From: a virus
Lineage: Duplodnaviria > Caudoviricetes
Length of the DNA: 33,680 nt
Virus record (IMG/VR): IMGVR_UViG_3300035154_000029
Span: 1-33,680 of that record
Strand: one strand, 5' to 3'
Positions 16,489 to 24,243 of this stretch are shown piece by piece. The position numbers and the translations under genes were made by a program. The notes under the pieces are model-generated. The model was not told the origin of the DNA. It searched no databases and saw nothing but the letters and a program-made list of their open reading frames with translations. Numbering within the stretch: position 1 is the first letter of the stretch; the number at the start of each line of letters is the position of its first letter.

Positions 16489-16679
16489 TGGAGAACCGAT
16501 ACCAGGTAGTCGACGGCGCCGCGCTGCCGTTCGCCCAGGAGGGCGACGACGTGTGGACGTACGTGCTCGACACGCACCGGAACTACGTCCAGGTGCTGGC
16601 GGTCTCCGGCCGCTTCCACGAGATGGCCCAGGAGTTCGCCGACCGGCTGAACGTGCGCGAGCTGGCGGGCCGGTCATGA
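16485..16679 (+). CDS. Hypothetical protein (64 aa)
   Basis: AGGAG RBS and overlaps. Confidence 0.7.
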   Translation: MMENRYQVVDGAALPFAQEGDDVWTYVLDTHRNYVQVLAVSGRFHEMAQEFADRLNVRELAGRS

Positions 16680-16828
16680 GCCCGTGGGAGGACGACGTGG
16701 CGATTGCGATGAGTGAGGCCATGGCCGGCCGGGGGAACCCGATCATCGCGCGCGTGCTCGCGGCGGAGGTCGCGGAGCTGCGCCGGAAGGTGATCGACTT
16801 GCTGGCGCGGGAGATGCGCTGTGGCTGA
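16676..16828 (+). CDS. Hypothetical protein (50 aa)
   Basis: ATGA overlap. Confidence 0.6.
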   Translation: MSPWEDDVAIAMSEAMAGRGNPIIARVLAAEVAELRRKVIDLLAREMRCG

Positions 16829-16988
16829 AGAGATCACGAACGTCTGGATCAGCGACGACCGGCAGGCGCTGGCCTGGGAGGTCGCCGACGGGGACGGCGG
16901 GATCTTCGTGGTCCAGGCCGGGTTCAGCGAGTGCGAGGAGGTCCAGGAGATCGGGGACGGCTGGATCCCCCTGGGCGGAGGCCGTTGA
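16821..16988 (+). CDS. Small acidic protein (55 aa, MAEEITNVWISDD...)
   Basis: Below the track cutoff; GGGAG RBS; its stop codon lies inside the -35 of P5. Confidence 0.7.
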   Translation: MAEEITNVWISDDRQALAWEVADGDGGIFVVQAGFSECEEVQEIGDGWIPLGGGR

Positions 16989-17013
16989 CACCCCCCAAAA
17001 TGGGGGGTAGGAT
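16985..17013 (+). promoter_or_regulatory. Promoter/operator P5
   Basis: TTGACA-CCCCCCAAAATGGGGGG-TAGGAT. Confidence 0.85.
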
Positions 17014-17111
17014 CCTCTTCAGTTGATCGCGCACAGCGGGCGCTCCGGCCGTCGAATGGCACCGGGTCGACGGCCGGAGCCCGCACCAAACCACCACCTG
17101 AAGGAGGAGCC

Positions 17112-17519
17112 GTGGCTCCCAGCATCAAGATCAAGGCCTGGACCTGGGAGAAGGTCACCACCGAGCGCCAGGTCAATAACGCCGACTCCATCGCCCTGGT
17201 CAGCCACGGGATCACGGGCGCGGAGAAGGTGCGGGCGGTCTTCCAGGTCATCGACCCCGAGCCGTTCCCCCGGACCCGTGGCGCCAAGAAACTCGTTCTG
17301 CCGGAGGTGCTGGTGGTCGAGCTGAACTCCGCGAACGGCCAGCCCTGGACCGTGGGCTGGAAGACCAGCATCCTGGCCACGAACGTGCTCCAGGGCGGTG
17401 GTGTCGGCGCCCGCGTGGACATCGACCGCGTGTGGTTCCCCGACTGGGCGAAGGAGTGCACCGCTGACCAGTCCGACTCTCCGGTGATCGAGTGGATCAA
17501 CGCGGAGTACCCACGATGA
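17112..17519 (+). CDS. Hypothetical protein (135 aa)
   Basis: AAGGAGGAG RBS downstream of P5. Confidence 0.8.
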   Translation: MAPSIKIKAWTWEKVTTERQVNNADSIALVSHGITGAEKVRAVFQVIDPEPFPRTRGAKKLVLPEVLVVELNSANGQPWTVGWKTSILATNVLQGGGVGARVDIDRVWFPDWAKECTADQSDSPVIEWINAEYPR

Positions 17520-17749
17520 TCATCTTCTACCTGTGGGTCCTGCTCTTCCGGGCGATCTTCTGGTGCTTCGCGGCCATGATCTGGCTGTGCTTCGCCTTCT
17601 CCGCCTGGATGCTGGTGCTGATCACGGCCATGGTGCTGGTGTGGTTCGACCGCCGGGCGACGATCAACCTGTTCGCCAGCGCGAACCGCGTATTCGCCCC
17701 ACCGGACTACCTGCGGTCCCGTCGTCGGCGCCGCGTATCCCACACATAG
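17516..17749 (+). CDS. Membrane protein (77 aa)
   Basis: ATGA overlap; long hydrophobic N-terminus and basic tail. Confidence 0.7.
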   Translation: MIIFYLWVLLFRAIFWCFAAMIWLCFAFSAWMLVLITAMVLVWFDRRATINLFASANRVFAPPDYLRSRRRRRVSHT

Positions 17750-17760
17750 CCGACACGCAC

Positions 17761-17799
17761 AGTGCCCCGTCTCCTACGCTCGCCGGGAGACGGGGCACT
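17761..17799 (+). terminator. Terminator-like hairpin closing the accessory block
   Basis: Perfect 14-bp inverted repeat AGTGCCCCGTCTCC/GGAGACGGGGCACT. Confidence 0.7.
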
Positions 17800-17888
17800 T
17801 GCGCGTCCGGGCTCCAAGCCCACACCGCGCTGGCGCTCTAAGCACCGATCAGGCCCCCGTCACCGAGACGACACGGAAGGGGCCGATC

Positions 17889-19622
17889 GTGGACCCGAAG
17901 CGCATTGCGGAGATCCTGGGTGATCTCGCCGCCGCCAGCGAAGCGGACATCCGCGCGGCTCTCGCTGCCGTGGTGGCCAGCGGCAAGGAACTGGCGCTCA
18001 ACGCGCCGACCGCCGCGAACGTGGCAGCCCTGAACGAGGTGACGGCGAACGCGAAGCAGCTGTCCGCCACGCTCACCGAGCGCGCGACGCTGGCCGCCGA
18101 CCAGACCGCCGCGCTCGCGGAGCTGGACGGCGTGCACGACCCGTCCCGCGACCACGTGGAGCAGCCCACCGAGGAGAACACCGCCGACGTGCCGAAGCCT
18201 GGCGAGCCGGGTGCGGGCGCGGAGACCGACCCGGACGAAGGCAAGGGCGACGACAAGGCCACGAAGACGCCGGCCAAGAAGTCGACCAGCCGCACCGCGT
18301 CCGGCCTGGGCAAGATCGGCAAGGACGGCTCGCCCGAGCAGGACGGCCCGAAGGCCGGAGTCGTCAACGCCACGACCACCGTGGCGGCTGGCGTGCCGGG
18401 CTTCCAGGGTGGCCAGCAGTTGAGCGAGGACGCGTTCGTCAAGGCGTTCGCCTCCGTCGCCCGCTCGAAGGGCAGCGGCGCGACGAACATCGCGCACGTC
18501 GAGTTCGCCTACCCGCCGGAGCGCACCCTGGGCGACGACTCCGCCGCCAACCAGGCGCGCATTGCGGCGGCCACCGACGAACAGGCCATCGTCGCGGCCG
18601 GTGGGCTCTGCCTGCCGCCGGAGGTCCGCTACGACATCAACGTCCTGGGCGTGACCGACCGGCCGGTGCACCAGGCGCTGAACACGTTCCGGACGGAGCG
18701 CGGGATCCTCCAGTACCGGGCGCCGTTCGACGCGCTGGCGATGACCTCGGGCCTGGGCATGTGGACCCAGGCGATGGACCAGGCGATCGTCCAGCCGCCG
18801 GCCGACCCGGACACCAACGTGTACAAGTCGTGCTACGTGGTGAGCTGCCCCGGCGTGCTCGAAGCGTCGATCTACTCCACGTACATGTGCCTGGAGTTCC
18901 CGAACATGACCGCCCGGTTCGACACCGAGTGGGTCCGGGCGACGACCCAGGCGGCGCAGATCGCGTGGAGCCGCTACACGGAGAACAACCTGCTCTCGCG
19001 GCTGTTCTCGGCCTCCAAGATCCTGAAGGGCATGGGCCCGGCGGTGTCGGCGGTCGCCGACCTGCTGGCCACCTACGACCGGGTGATCGCCTACTACCGC
19101 AACCGGCACCGCCTGAACTCGCGGGTGACGCTCCGGACGATCATGCCTCAGTGGGTGATCAACCTGCTCCAGACCGACTTGGCCCGCCGCTTCACCATGG
19201 CGTCGCCGGGCGAGCTGTTCGGCATCGCCCAGGCGGAGCTGGAGCGCTGGTTCTCCACGCGCGGCGTGAACGTCACCTGGCACCTGGACGGCCTCGCGGG
19301 CTCCACGGTGTCCACGGTGGTCGTGGCGCAGCAGTACTACGACGACACCACGGCCGGCCAGGTCGTCCCGGCCTACCCGGCCAACGTGGACAGCCTGCTG
19401 TTCGTGGAGGGTGACTGGCTGCTCCTGGACGGCGGCACGCTCGACCTGGGCATGGTGCGCGACTCCGACCTGAACAAGCGGAACCGCTACCAGACCTTCA
19501 TCGAGACGTTCGAGGGCGTGGCGTTCACCGGCAAGGAGTCCTTGCGCGTGGTCCTGCCGCTCCGTCCGGACGGCTCTGCCGCTGGCACGAAGGCCGTCCC
19601 CACTGGCGGCTGGGACGCCTGA
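17889..19622 (+). CDS. Major capsid (hexamer-type) protein with N-terminal scaffold-like region
   Basis: AAGGLCLPPEVRYDI, RG-I-Y and FVEGDWLLLDGGTLDLGMVRDS.LN..N.YQTF.E.FEG motifs; GAAGGGG RBS. Confidence 0.9.
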   Translation: MDPKRIAEILGDLAAASEADIRAALAAVVASGKELALNAPTAANVAALNEVTANAKQLSATLTERATLAADQTAALAELDGVHDPSRDHVEQPTEENTADVPKPGEPGAGAETDPDEGKGDDKATKTPAKKSTSRTASGLGKIGKDGSPEQDGPKAGVVNATTTVAAGVPGFQGGQQLSEDAFVKAFASVARSKGSGATNIAHVEFAYPPERTLGDDSAANQARIAAATDEQAIVAAGGLCLPPEVRYDINVLGVTDRPVHQALNTFRTERGILQYRAPFDALAMTSGLGMWTQAMDQAIVQPPADPDTNVYKSCYVVSCPGVLEASIYSTYMCLEFPNMTARFDTEWVRATTQAAQIAWSRYTENNLLSRLFSASKILKGMGPAVSAVADLLATYDRVIAYYRNRHRLNSRVTLRTIMPQWVINLLQTDLARRFTMASPGELFGIAQAELERWFSTRGVNVTWHLDGLAGSTVSTVVVAQQYYDDTTAGQVVPAYPANVDSLLFVEGDWLLLDGGTLDLGMVRDSDLNKRNRYQTFIETFEGVAFTGKESLRVVLPLRPDGSAAGTKAVPTGGWDA

Positions 19623-19629
19623 TCTCTTC

Positions 19630-19660
19630 CGCCCGGCCCCTCCCCGACGGGGGCCGGGCG
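19630..19660 (+). terminator. Hairpin after the major capsid gene
   Basis: 11-bp inverted repeat CGCCCGGCCCC/GGGGCCGGGCG. Confidence 0.65.
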
Positions 19661-19694
19661 GTTGATCACTTAGGCGTTCGAGAGGAGACCACAG

Positions 19695-20516
19695 GTGCCC
19701 ACGTACTTCGTCGAGACCACAGCTCCAGCCGCTGCCGCCCAGTCGTCGGCGAACCTGCTCGCGTCCGCCCCGCCGGACAACTCCGGGGACTGGGAGAACG
19801 GCCTTTCGTTCATCGGCGAGGGCTGCCCCACGCTGGAGATCTTCGACCCCTGCGAGGAAACGGACACGATGGACGGCACTCCGGGTGCCGTGACGTTCCT
19901 GTCCCCGCTCGGGTACCGGCTCACCAGCGAGTGCACCACGCTCGGGGTGGACCTGAAGGCGGCCATGGCGCGCGTGACCCGGCAGGCCAACGCGGTGGCG
20001 TCCTTCGCCCACGCGCGCGAGCTGGCCGAAGGCGCGGGCACCCAGGCGGCTCCGTTCGACGTGACCGCCACCGGCGAGACGGGCGTGATGAACCCGTACT
20101 TCTCCGACGGGAACGCGGAGGTGCTGACCGCCGCCACGTCGCTGCTCCAGGGTGTGGGCCTGCTGGAGCAGGCCGCGCGTGACAAGACGAAGGGCCAGCG
20201 GGTCTATCTGCATATCCCGATCGTCATCGCGACCCAGGTCGCGGCGAACCTGTTCAAGGTGGGCAACGAGATCCAGACCGCGACCGGCGCCGTGGTGATC
20301 GCGGACGCCGGGTACACCGGCAAGGGTCCGGGCGTACAGGCGGGAACCTGGGGCTACGCAACGGGTCCTGTCTTCACGCGACTGTCCACAGTGTCCACCA
20401 TGGGCGACCCGGCCATGACCATCGACCGCCGGACCAACCGGCAGCAGGTCTGGGCGGACGCCCTCTTCGTCGCTGGATACGACCCGTGTTCCAGCGTCGC
20501 GATCAAGTTCCCGTAA
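19695..20516 (+). CDS. Second capsid protein (pentamer-type candidate)
   Basis: Follows the MCP; W.NG..F, T.TG..V..DAGY, W.YATGPV and DPC motifs; GAGGAG RBS. Confidence 0.7.
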   Translation: MPTYFVETTAPAAAAQSSANLLASAPPDNSGDWENGLSFIGEGCPTLEIFDPCEETDTMDGTPGAVTFLSPLGYRLTSECTTLGVDLKAAMARVTRQANAVASFAHARELAEGAGTQAAPFDVTATGETGVMNPYFSDGNAEVLTAATSLLQGVGLLEQAARDKTKGQRVYLHIPIVIATQVAANLFKVGNEIQTATGAVVIADAGYTGKGPGVQAGTWGYATGPVFTRLSTVSTMGDPAMTIDRRTNRQQVWADALFVAGYDPCSSVAIKFP

Positions 20517-20535
20517 TCGGCTAGAGGAGAAGGAT

Positions 20536-21201
20536 ATGACCTACGACGGTGCGGGAACGCTGTTCGCCCTCGGGGTGCGCGTCGCGAAGCTGGACGTGGA
20601 CGGCAAGCCCTCCGTGGGCACGACGAACGCGTACGTGTCCGACGCCCTGGTGAAGGTGGAGCTGGGCCTGGAGTACGAAGACGCGAAGCAGGTGACCCAG
20701 CTCAACGGCTCGGGCGTCGCGTGCGTCAACTACCAGGCGCCGTACACCCTGAAGCGCGGCTCGATCAAGGGCTTCCAGATCTGCTCCCCGGATCCGAACC
20801 TGCTGGCGTTCCTGATCGGTGGCGACGTGATCAACGACGCCGCCACCACGCCCAACCAGATCGGCTACCGCGCGCCCCAGACCGGCGTGGAGGAGACCCC
20901 GAACGGCGTCTCCCTGGAGTTTTGGACGAAGGCGGTCATCGGCTCCGCGCTGGCTACCAACCTCCCGTACTTCCACTGGGTCGTGCCGCGCGCGTTCCTG
21001 ATCCCCTCGGGGTCGTGGCAGCTGAGCGGGGACGCGGCCCTGCTGCCCGAGTTCGACGGCTACAGCACCCAGAATGCCGGGTGGGGCTCGGGGCCGAACG
21101 ACGACTTCGACTCGCCGTCGGACCGCGTCTGGCAGTACGTCCGGGAGGCCACCGTGCCCAACCTGGACGCCGGTCTGGTGCCGGTGGTCGCTCAGGTATG
21201 A
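20536..21201 (+). CDS. Major tail protein
   Basis: RVAKLD..G, NGSG..CV, C.PDP.L and VSLEFW motifs; synteny. Confidence 0.8.
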   Translation: MTYDGAGTLFALGVRVAKLDVDGKPSVGTTNAYVSDALVKVELGLEYEDAKQVTQLNGSGVACVNYQAPYTLKRGSIKGFQICSPDPNLLAFLIGGDVINDAATTPNQIGYRAPQTGVEETPNGVSLEFWTKAVIGSALATNLPYFHWVVPRAFLIPSGSWQLSGDAALLPEFDGYSTQNAGWGSGPNDDFDSPSDRVWQYVREATVPNLDAGLVPVVAQV

Positions 21202-22058
21202 GCAGCCCGGTCCCGCTTCCGATTCCGGATGTCCCGCCCGCACAGGCCAGCTCCATCCTGTGCGGGCCGTGGGCGTCCCCGAGCGATGTCCCCGAGAAGT
21301 GGCGCCAGCGGGCCAGCCCGAACCAGTGGCTGGTCATCCTGATGATGGCCTCCGAGCTGCTCTACCAGCTCAGCGGTCACCGGTGGAGGGGCGCTGGCTG
21401 CCACGAGCAGGCGGAGATCCGGAGCCGGCCGCTGGCCGTCGGGAGCGGGACCTGGCCATTCCAGGACATCGGCGCGTGCGGGTGCTGGTTCCAGGCGCCC
21501 GGCCTGAGCTACGCCACGAACTACGCGGACGCCTGGCTGTTCAACGCGGCGTGGCGCGGCGCCCACCCGCGACCGATCGCCGTGGAGCTGGACCCGAGCG
21601 CGACCGCCGTCACCGAGGTGCGCACCGCCGACGGACAGGTGATGGATCCGGGCCGGTACGAACTGCTGGCATCGGGCTGGCTCCAGCGCACCGACGGGAA
21701 GGGCTGGTCCGGGTGCGGTGACGAAGGCCCGACCACGGTCCTGTACGACCGGGGTTACCTGCCGCCCGTCGGCGGGATCTCCGCGTGCGTGACGCTGGCC
21801 ATTGAGCTGGTGCGCTCCTGGTGCGGCGAGGCCGGGTGCGCGATCCCGGCGAACGCGAGCACGGTCACGCGGCAGGGCATCACGGTCACCATGGATGTGT
21901 CGAAGTTCCTGGAAGAGCACCGCACCGGCGTGCCGACCGTGGACATGTGGCTGGAGTCAGTGAACCCCCGCCGGAAGAACGGCACCCGGCCGACCCGGAT
22001 GGCCAGCGTGTGGAGCCCGGACCTGCCCACTGCTACGCGGATCGCACCCCCCGCGTAA
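21198..22058 (+). CDS. Head-to-tail adaptor
   Basis: ASELLYQLSG.R..G.C, LA.EL, VTRQGIT and TGVP.VD.W...VNP motifs. Confidence 0.8.
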   Translation: MSSPVPLPIPDVPPAQASSILCGPWASPSDVPEKWRQRASPNQWLVILMMASELLYQLSGHRWRGAGCHEQAEIRSRPLAVGSGTWPFQDIGACGCWFQAPGLSYATNYADAWLFNAAWRGAHPRPIAVELDPSATAVTEVRTADGQVMDPGRYELLASGWLQRTDGKGWSGCGDEGPTTVLYDRGYLPPVGGISACVTLAIELVRSWCGEAGCAIPANASTVTRQGITVTMDVSKFLEEHRTGVPTVDMWLESVNPRRKNGTRPTRMASVWSPDLPTATRIAPPA

Positions 22059-22087
22059 TGGGGTGACATTGGGTTACGCTGGCCGCC

Positions 22088-22306
22088 ATGGCAGATGACG
22101 ACCTGATCAGGGCCCACGATCCCTTCTCCGGGCATGAGCCGCCGCCCCCGGCCGATGACGCCAGCGAGCCCGAGAAGCCCGCAGAGGCGCCCAAGCAGGA
22201 GCCGGAACCGGCCACGAAGCCGCCCGCGCGCAAGGCTGGCCGGCGCCCGCGTCGCACGCCCAGTTCCAGCGAGGTGGAGAGCACCCGCCGGAGGGCCCGC
22301 CGATGA
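22088..22306 (+). CDS. Small acidic/basic low-complexity protein
   Basis: ATG 7 nt after TACGCT; ATGA overlap with the next gene. Confidence 0.6.
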   Translation: MADDDLIRAHDPFSGHEPPPPADDASEPEKPAEAPKQEPEPATKPPARKAGRRPRRTPSSSEVESTRRRARR

Positions 22307-22848
22307 AGCCCAGTCAGCTCCCTATCGAGCCGCCGGACCTGCTCACGTGGGCCCAGGGCGTCATCCCCGCGCTGGTGACGTACTTCGCCCAGCACGACGT
22401 GGAGTTGCCAGCCCGGCGCCGCATCGTCCCCGGCCAGCTCCAGCTTGACGCCTGGGACTGCGAGCAGGTGTCCGTGGGCTTCGCCGGGATCACCGACCCG
22501 ACCCGCCAGGGCACGACCTCCGGCGCCCCGCGCACCGGCACGCCGTTCTCCGCGATGAAGCGACGCCAGACCGCGTACGGGATCCAGATCGTCCGGTGCG
22601 CCGGGTCGTGCGACCAACCGACGTGGAGCACGGACACGGACGCCTTCGGTGTGGCCGGTGAGGCCCAGCTACGGGACGCGGCGCTGCTCTCACAGTTCAT
22701 GGTCAACATGGCCAGCTCGCCGCCGGACTGGCACCCCAAGGAGATCAACGCGGACGCGGGCGACGTGACGCCGATCGGCCCCGAGGGCGGCATGTACGCG
22801 CTGGAGGCATCGGTGATCTTCGACCTCATGGCGAGGGTGGCGAACTAG
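22303..22848 (+). CDS. Tail completion/terminator-like protein
   Basis: AWDC.Q, IVRC and IGPEGG motifs; synteny. Confidence 0.65.
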   Translation: MKPSQLPIEPPDLLTWAQGVIPALVTYFAQHDVELPARRRIVPGQLQLDAWDCEQVSVGFAGITDPTRQGTTSGAPRTGTPFSAMKRRQTAYGIQIVRCAGSCDQPTWSTDTDAFGVAGEAQLRDAALLSQFMVNMASSPPDWHPKEINADAGDVTPIGPEGGMYALEASVIFDLMARVAN

Positions 22849-23279
22849 TGGCACGAGTGGTGATCACCCGGCGGTCCGGGAAGGTGGATGACGCGGAGTA
22901 CGCGCGCTTCGTGAACGCGCCCGACGGCCCGATCCGGCACGAACTCCGCCGACGGGCGACGCTGGTCCAGCAGTACCAGATCCGCCGGGCGAACCGTCGC
23001 ACCGGCCGGCTGGTCTCCACCTCGCGTAAGCGCGAGACCTCGCGCGGCCCGCTCCGTCCCGCCGTCGAAGTGATCATCGGCAAGGACGGGCTCACGCCGT
23101 ACCTCGGGTACATCCTGTTCGGCACGCACGCGCACGTGATCCGGGCGATCCCGAACCGGCCGAACGCGCACCTGCGCTTCATGGCCGGCGGCCAGGTGCG
23201 CTTCGCCAAGGAAGTCATGCACCCGGGCACGCGGGCGAACAACTTCGTGCGCGACTCGCTCAGGATGGCGCGAGGATGA
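22848..23279 (+). CDS. HK97 gp10-like head-tail protein
   Basis: RTGRL..S, GT.AH.I and V.HPGTRAN.F motifs. Confidence 0.75.
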   Translation: MARVVITRRSGKVDDAEYARFVNAPDGPIRHELRRRATLVQQYQIRRANRRTGRLVSTSRKRETSRGPLRPAVEVIIGKDGLTPYLGYILFGTHAHVIRAIPNRPNAHLRFMAGGQVRFAKEVMHPGTRANNFVRDSLRMARG

Positions 23280-23389
23280 TCCCGGATCCGGTGGATCAGG
23301 TCGTCGCCTCCGGGCTCACCGGCCTGGCCGCCGCCTACACCCTGTACCTGCTGGCCAGCTTCACAATCCACATGATCAAGGAGTGCATC

Positions 23390-23971
23390 ATGCCGAAGAC
23401 GTACGGCCCGGACACGGTCCCCGAGGTCCCGAAGATCGAGTTCGACCTTCGGGCGATCCACGAGAACCCGGAGACCAGCGAGAAGACGATCAAGACGCAC
23501 CACTTCACCGCCGCGCCGGACCCCGGCGCCGGTGACTTCCACCGGTTCGCGCTCGCCTCCCAGAAGGGCGGCGGGGACCTGCTGATCGTGCTCGGGGACA
23601 TCATGCCGCGCATGATCGTCAACGATGACGGCGTCCCGGCCCAGTGGAAGTACAAGGAGCTGCCCGCGAAGGTCGTGCGTAACGAGCTGCCGACCGCGAG
23701 CCCGACGGAACTACAGCGCACCGGTGAGGGCGCGCTGGTGCTCGGGACGATGGACGACGGCGACCCGGTGCCGCACTTCCGGGGGCCCGACGGCCAGATC
23801 TACCCGGAGCCCGACCGGAAGCGGTTCGAGGAGTTCGAGGCGGGCAGCTCGCGGCGGCGGCTCTACAACCTCATGTTCGAGGATGTGAACGTGAAGGTGC
23901 ACATGCAGACCGTGGCGGAGATCATGAAGGACTTGTTCGAGGCAGCGGGAAAAGGCCGTGGGTCCGACTGA
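23390..23971 (+). CDS. Tail assembly chaperone (G-like); in-frame upstream ATG at 23276 possible
   Basis: AAGGAG RBS before 23390; upstream of the tape measure; ends in a slippery site. Confidence 0.8.
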   Translation: MPKTYGPDTVPEVPKIEFDLRAIHENPETSEKTIKTHHFTAAPDPGAGDFHRFALASQKGGGDLLIVLGDIMPRMIVNDDGVPAQWKYKELPAKVVRNELPTASPTELQRTGEGALVLGTMDDGDPVPHFRGPDGQIYPEPDRKRFEEFEAGSSRRRLYNLMFEDVNVKVHMQTVAEIMKDLFEAAGKGRGSD

Positions 23972-24240
23972 AGACCCTCCACGCGATCGCTAACGCTACG
24001 TACCGGAACTATTACACAAACGGCAGGCTCGCGCTGGCCGGGATCGGTCCGTGGACACCGCTCGCCGACTGGATGGATGCCGTGTTCGTCATCATCTTGG
24101 AGACCGACACGGACCAGATCAAGCGGCTGGAAGAACAGCTGGCCGTCGCCGACGCCCAGGTGGATCCGAAGGCCGCGCGGGAGACGTGGGGTGCCACGCC
24201 GGAGCAGCAGGGCTTGGGCGGGCGGCTGATGGAGGGTTGA
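23947..24240 (+). CDS. Tail assembly chaperone -1 frameshift extension (GT-like)
   Basis: In-frame G GGA AAA at 23947-23953; the -1 frame is open to TGA 24238-24240 (RPWVRLK...RETWGATPEQQ...EG*). Confidence 0.85.
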   Translation, partial: GKRPWVRLKTLHAIANATYRNYYTNGRLALAGIGPWTPLADWMDAVFVIILETDTDQIKRLEEQLAVADAQVDPKAARETWGATPEQQGLGGRLMEG

Positions 24241-24243
24241 CAC

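Noticed and set aside
10280-17013. C6-N5-G6 repeats as a CRISPR array or transposon ends
   Set aside because: Copies are about 0.7-2.9 kb apart, separated by genes and always flanked by -35/-10 boxes; no cas or transposase gene is visible.
17838-20213. Long antisense ORFs (this one, 8287..9771, 5944..7293, 25206..26519, 28134..29558)
   Set aside because: Shadow ORFs of high-GC3 sense genes, with no RBS or recognisable motifs.
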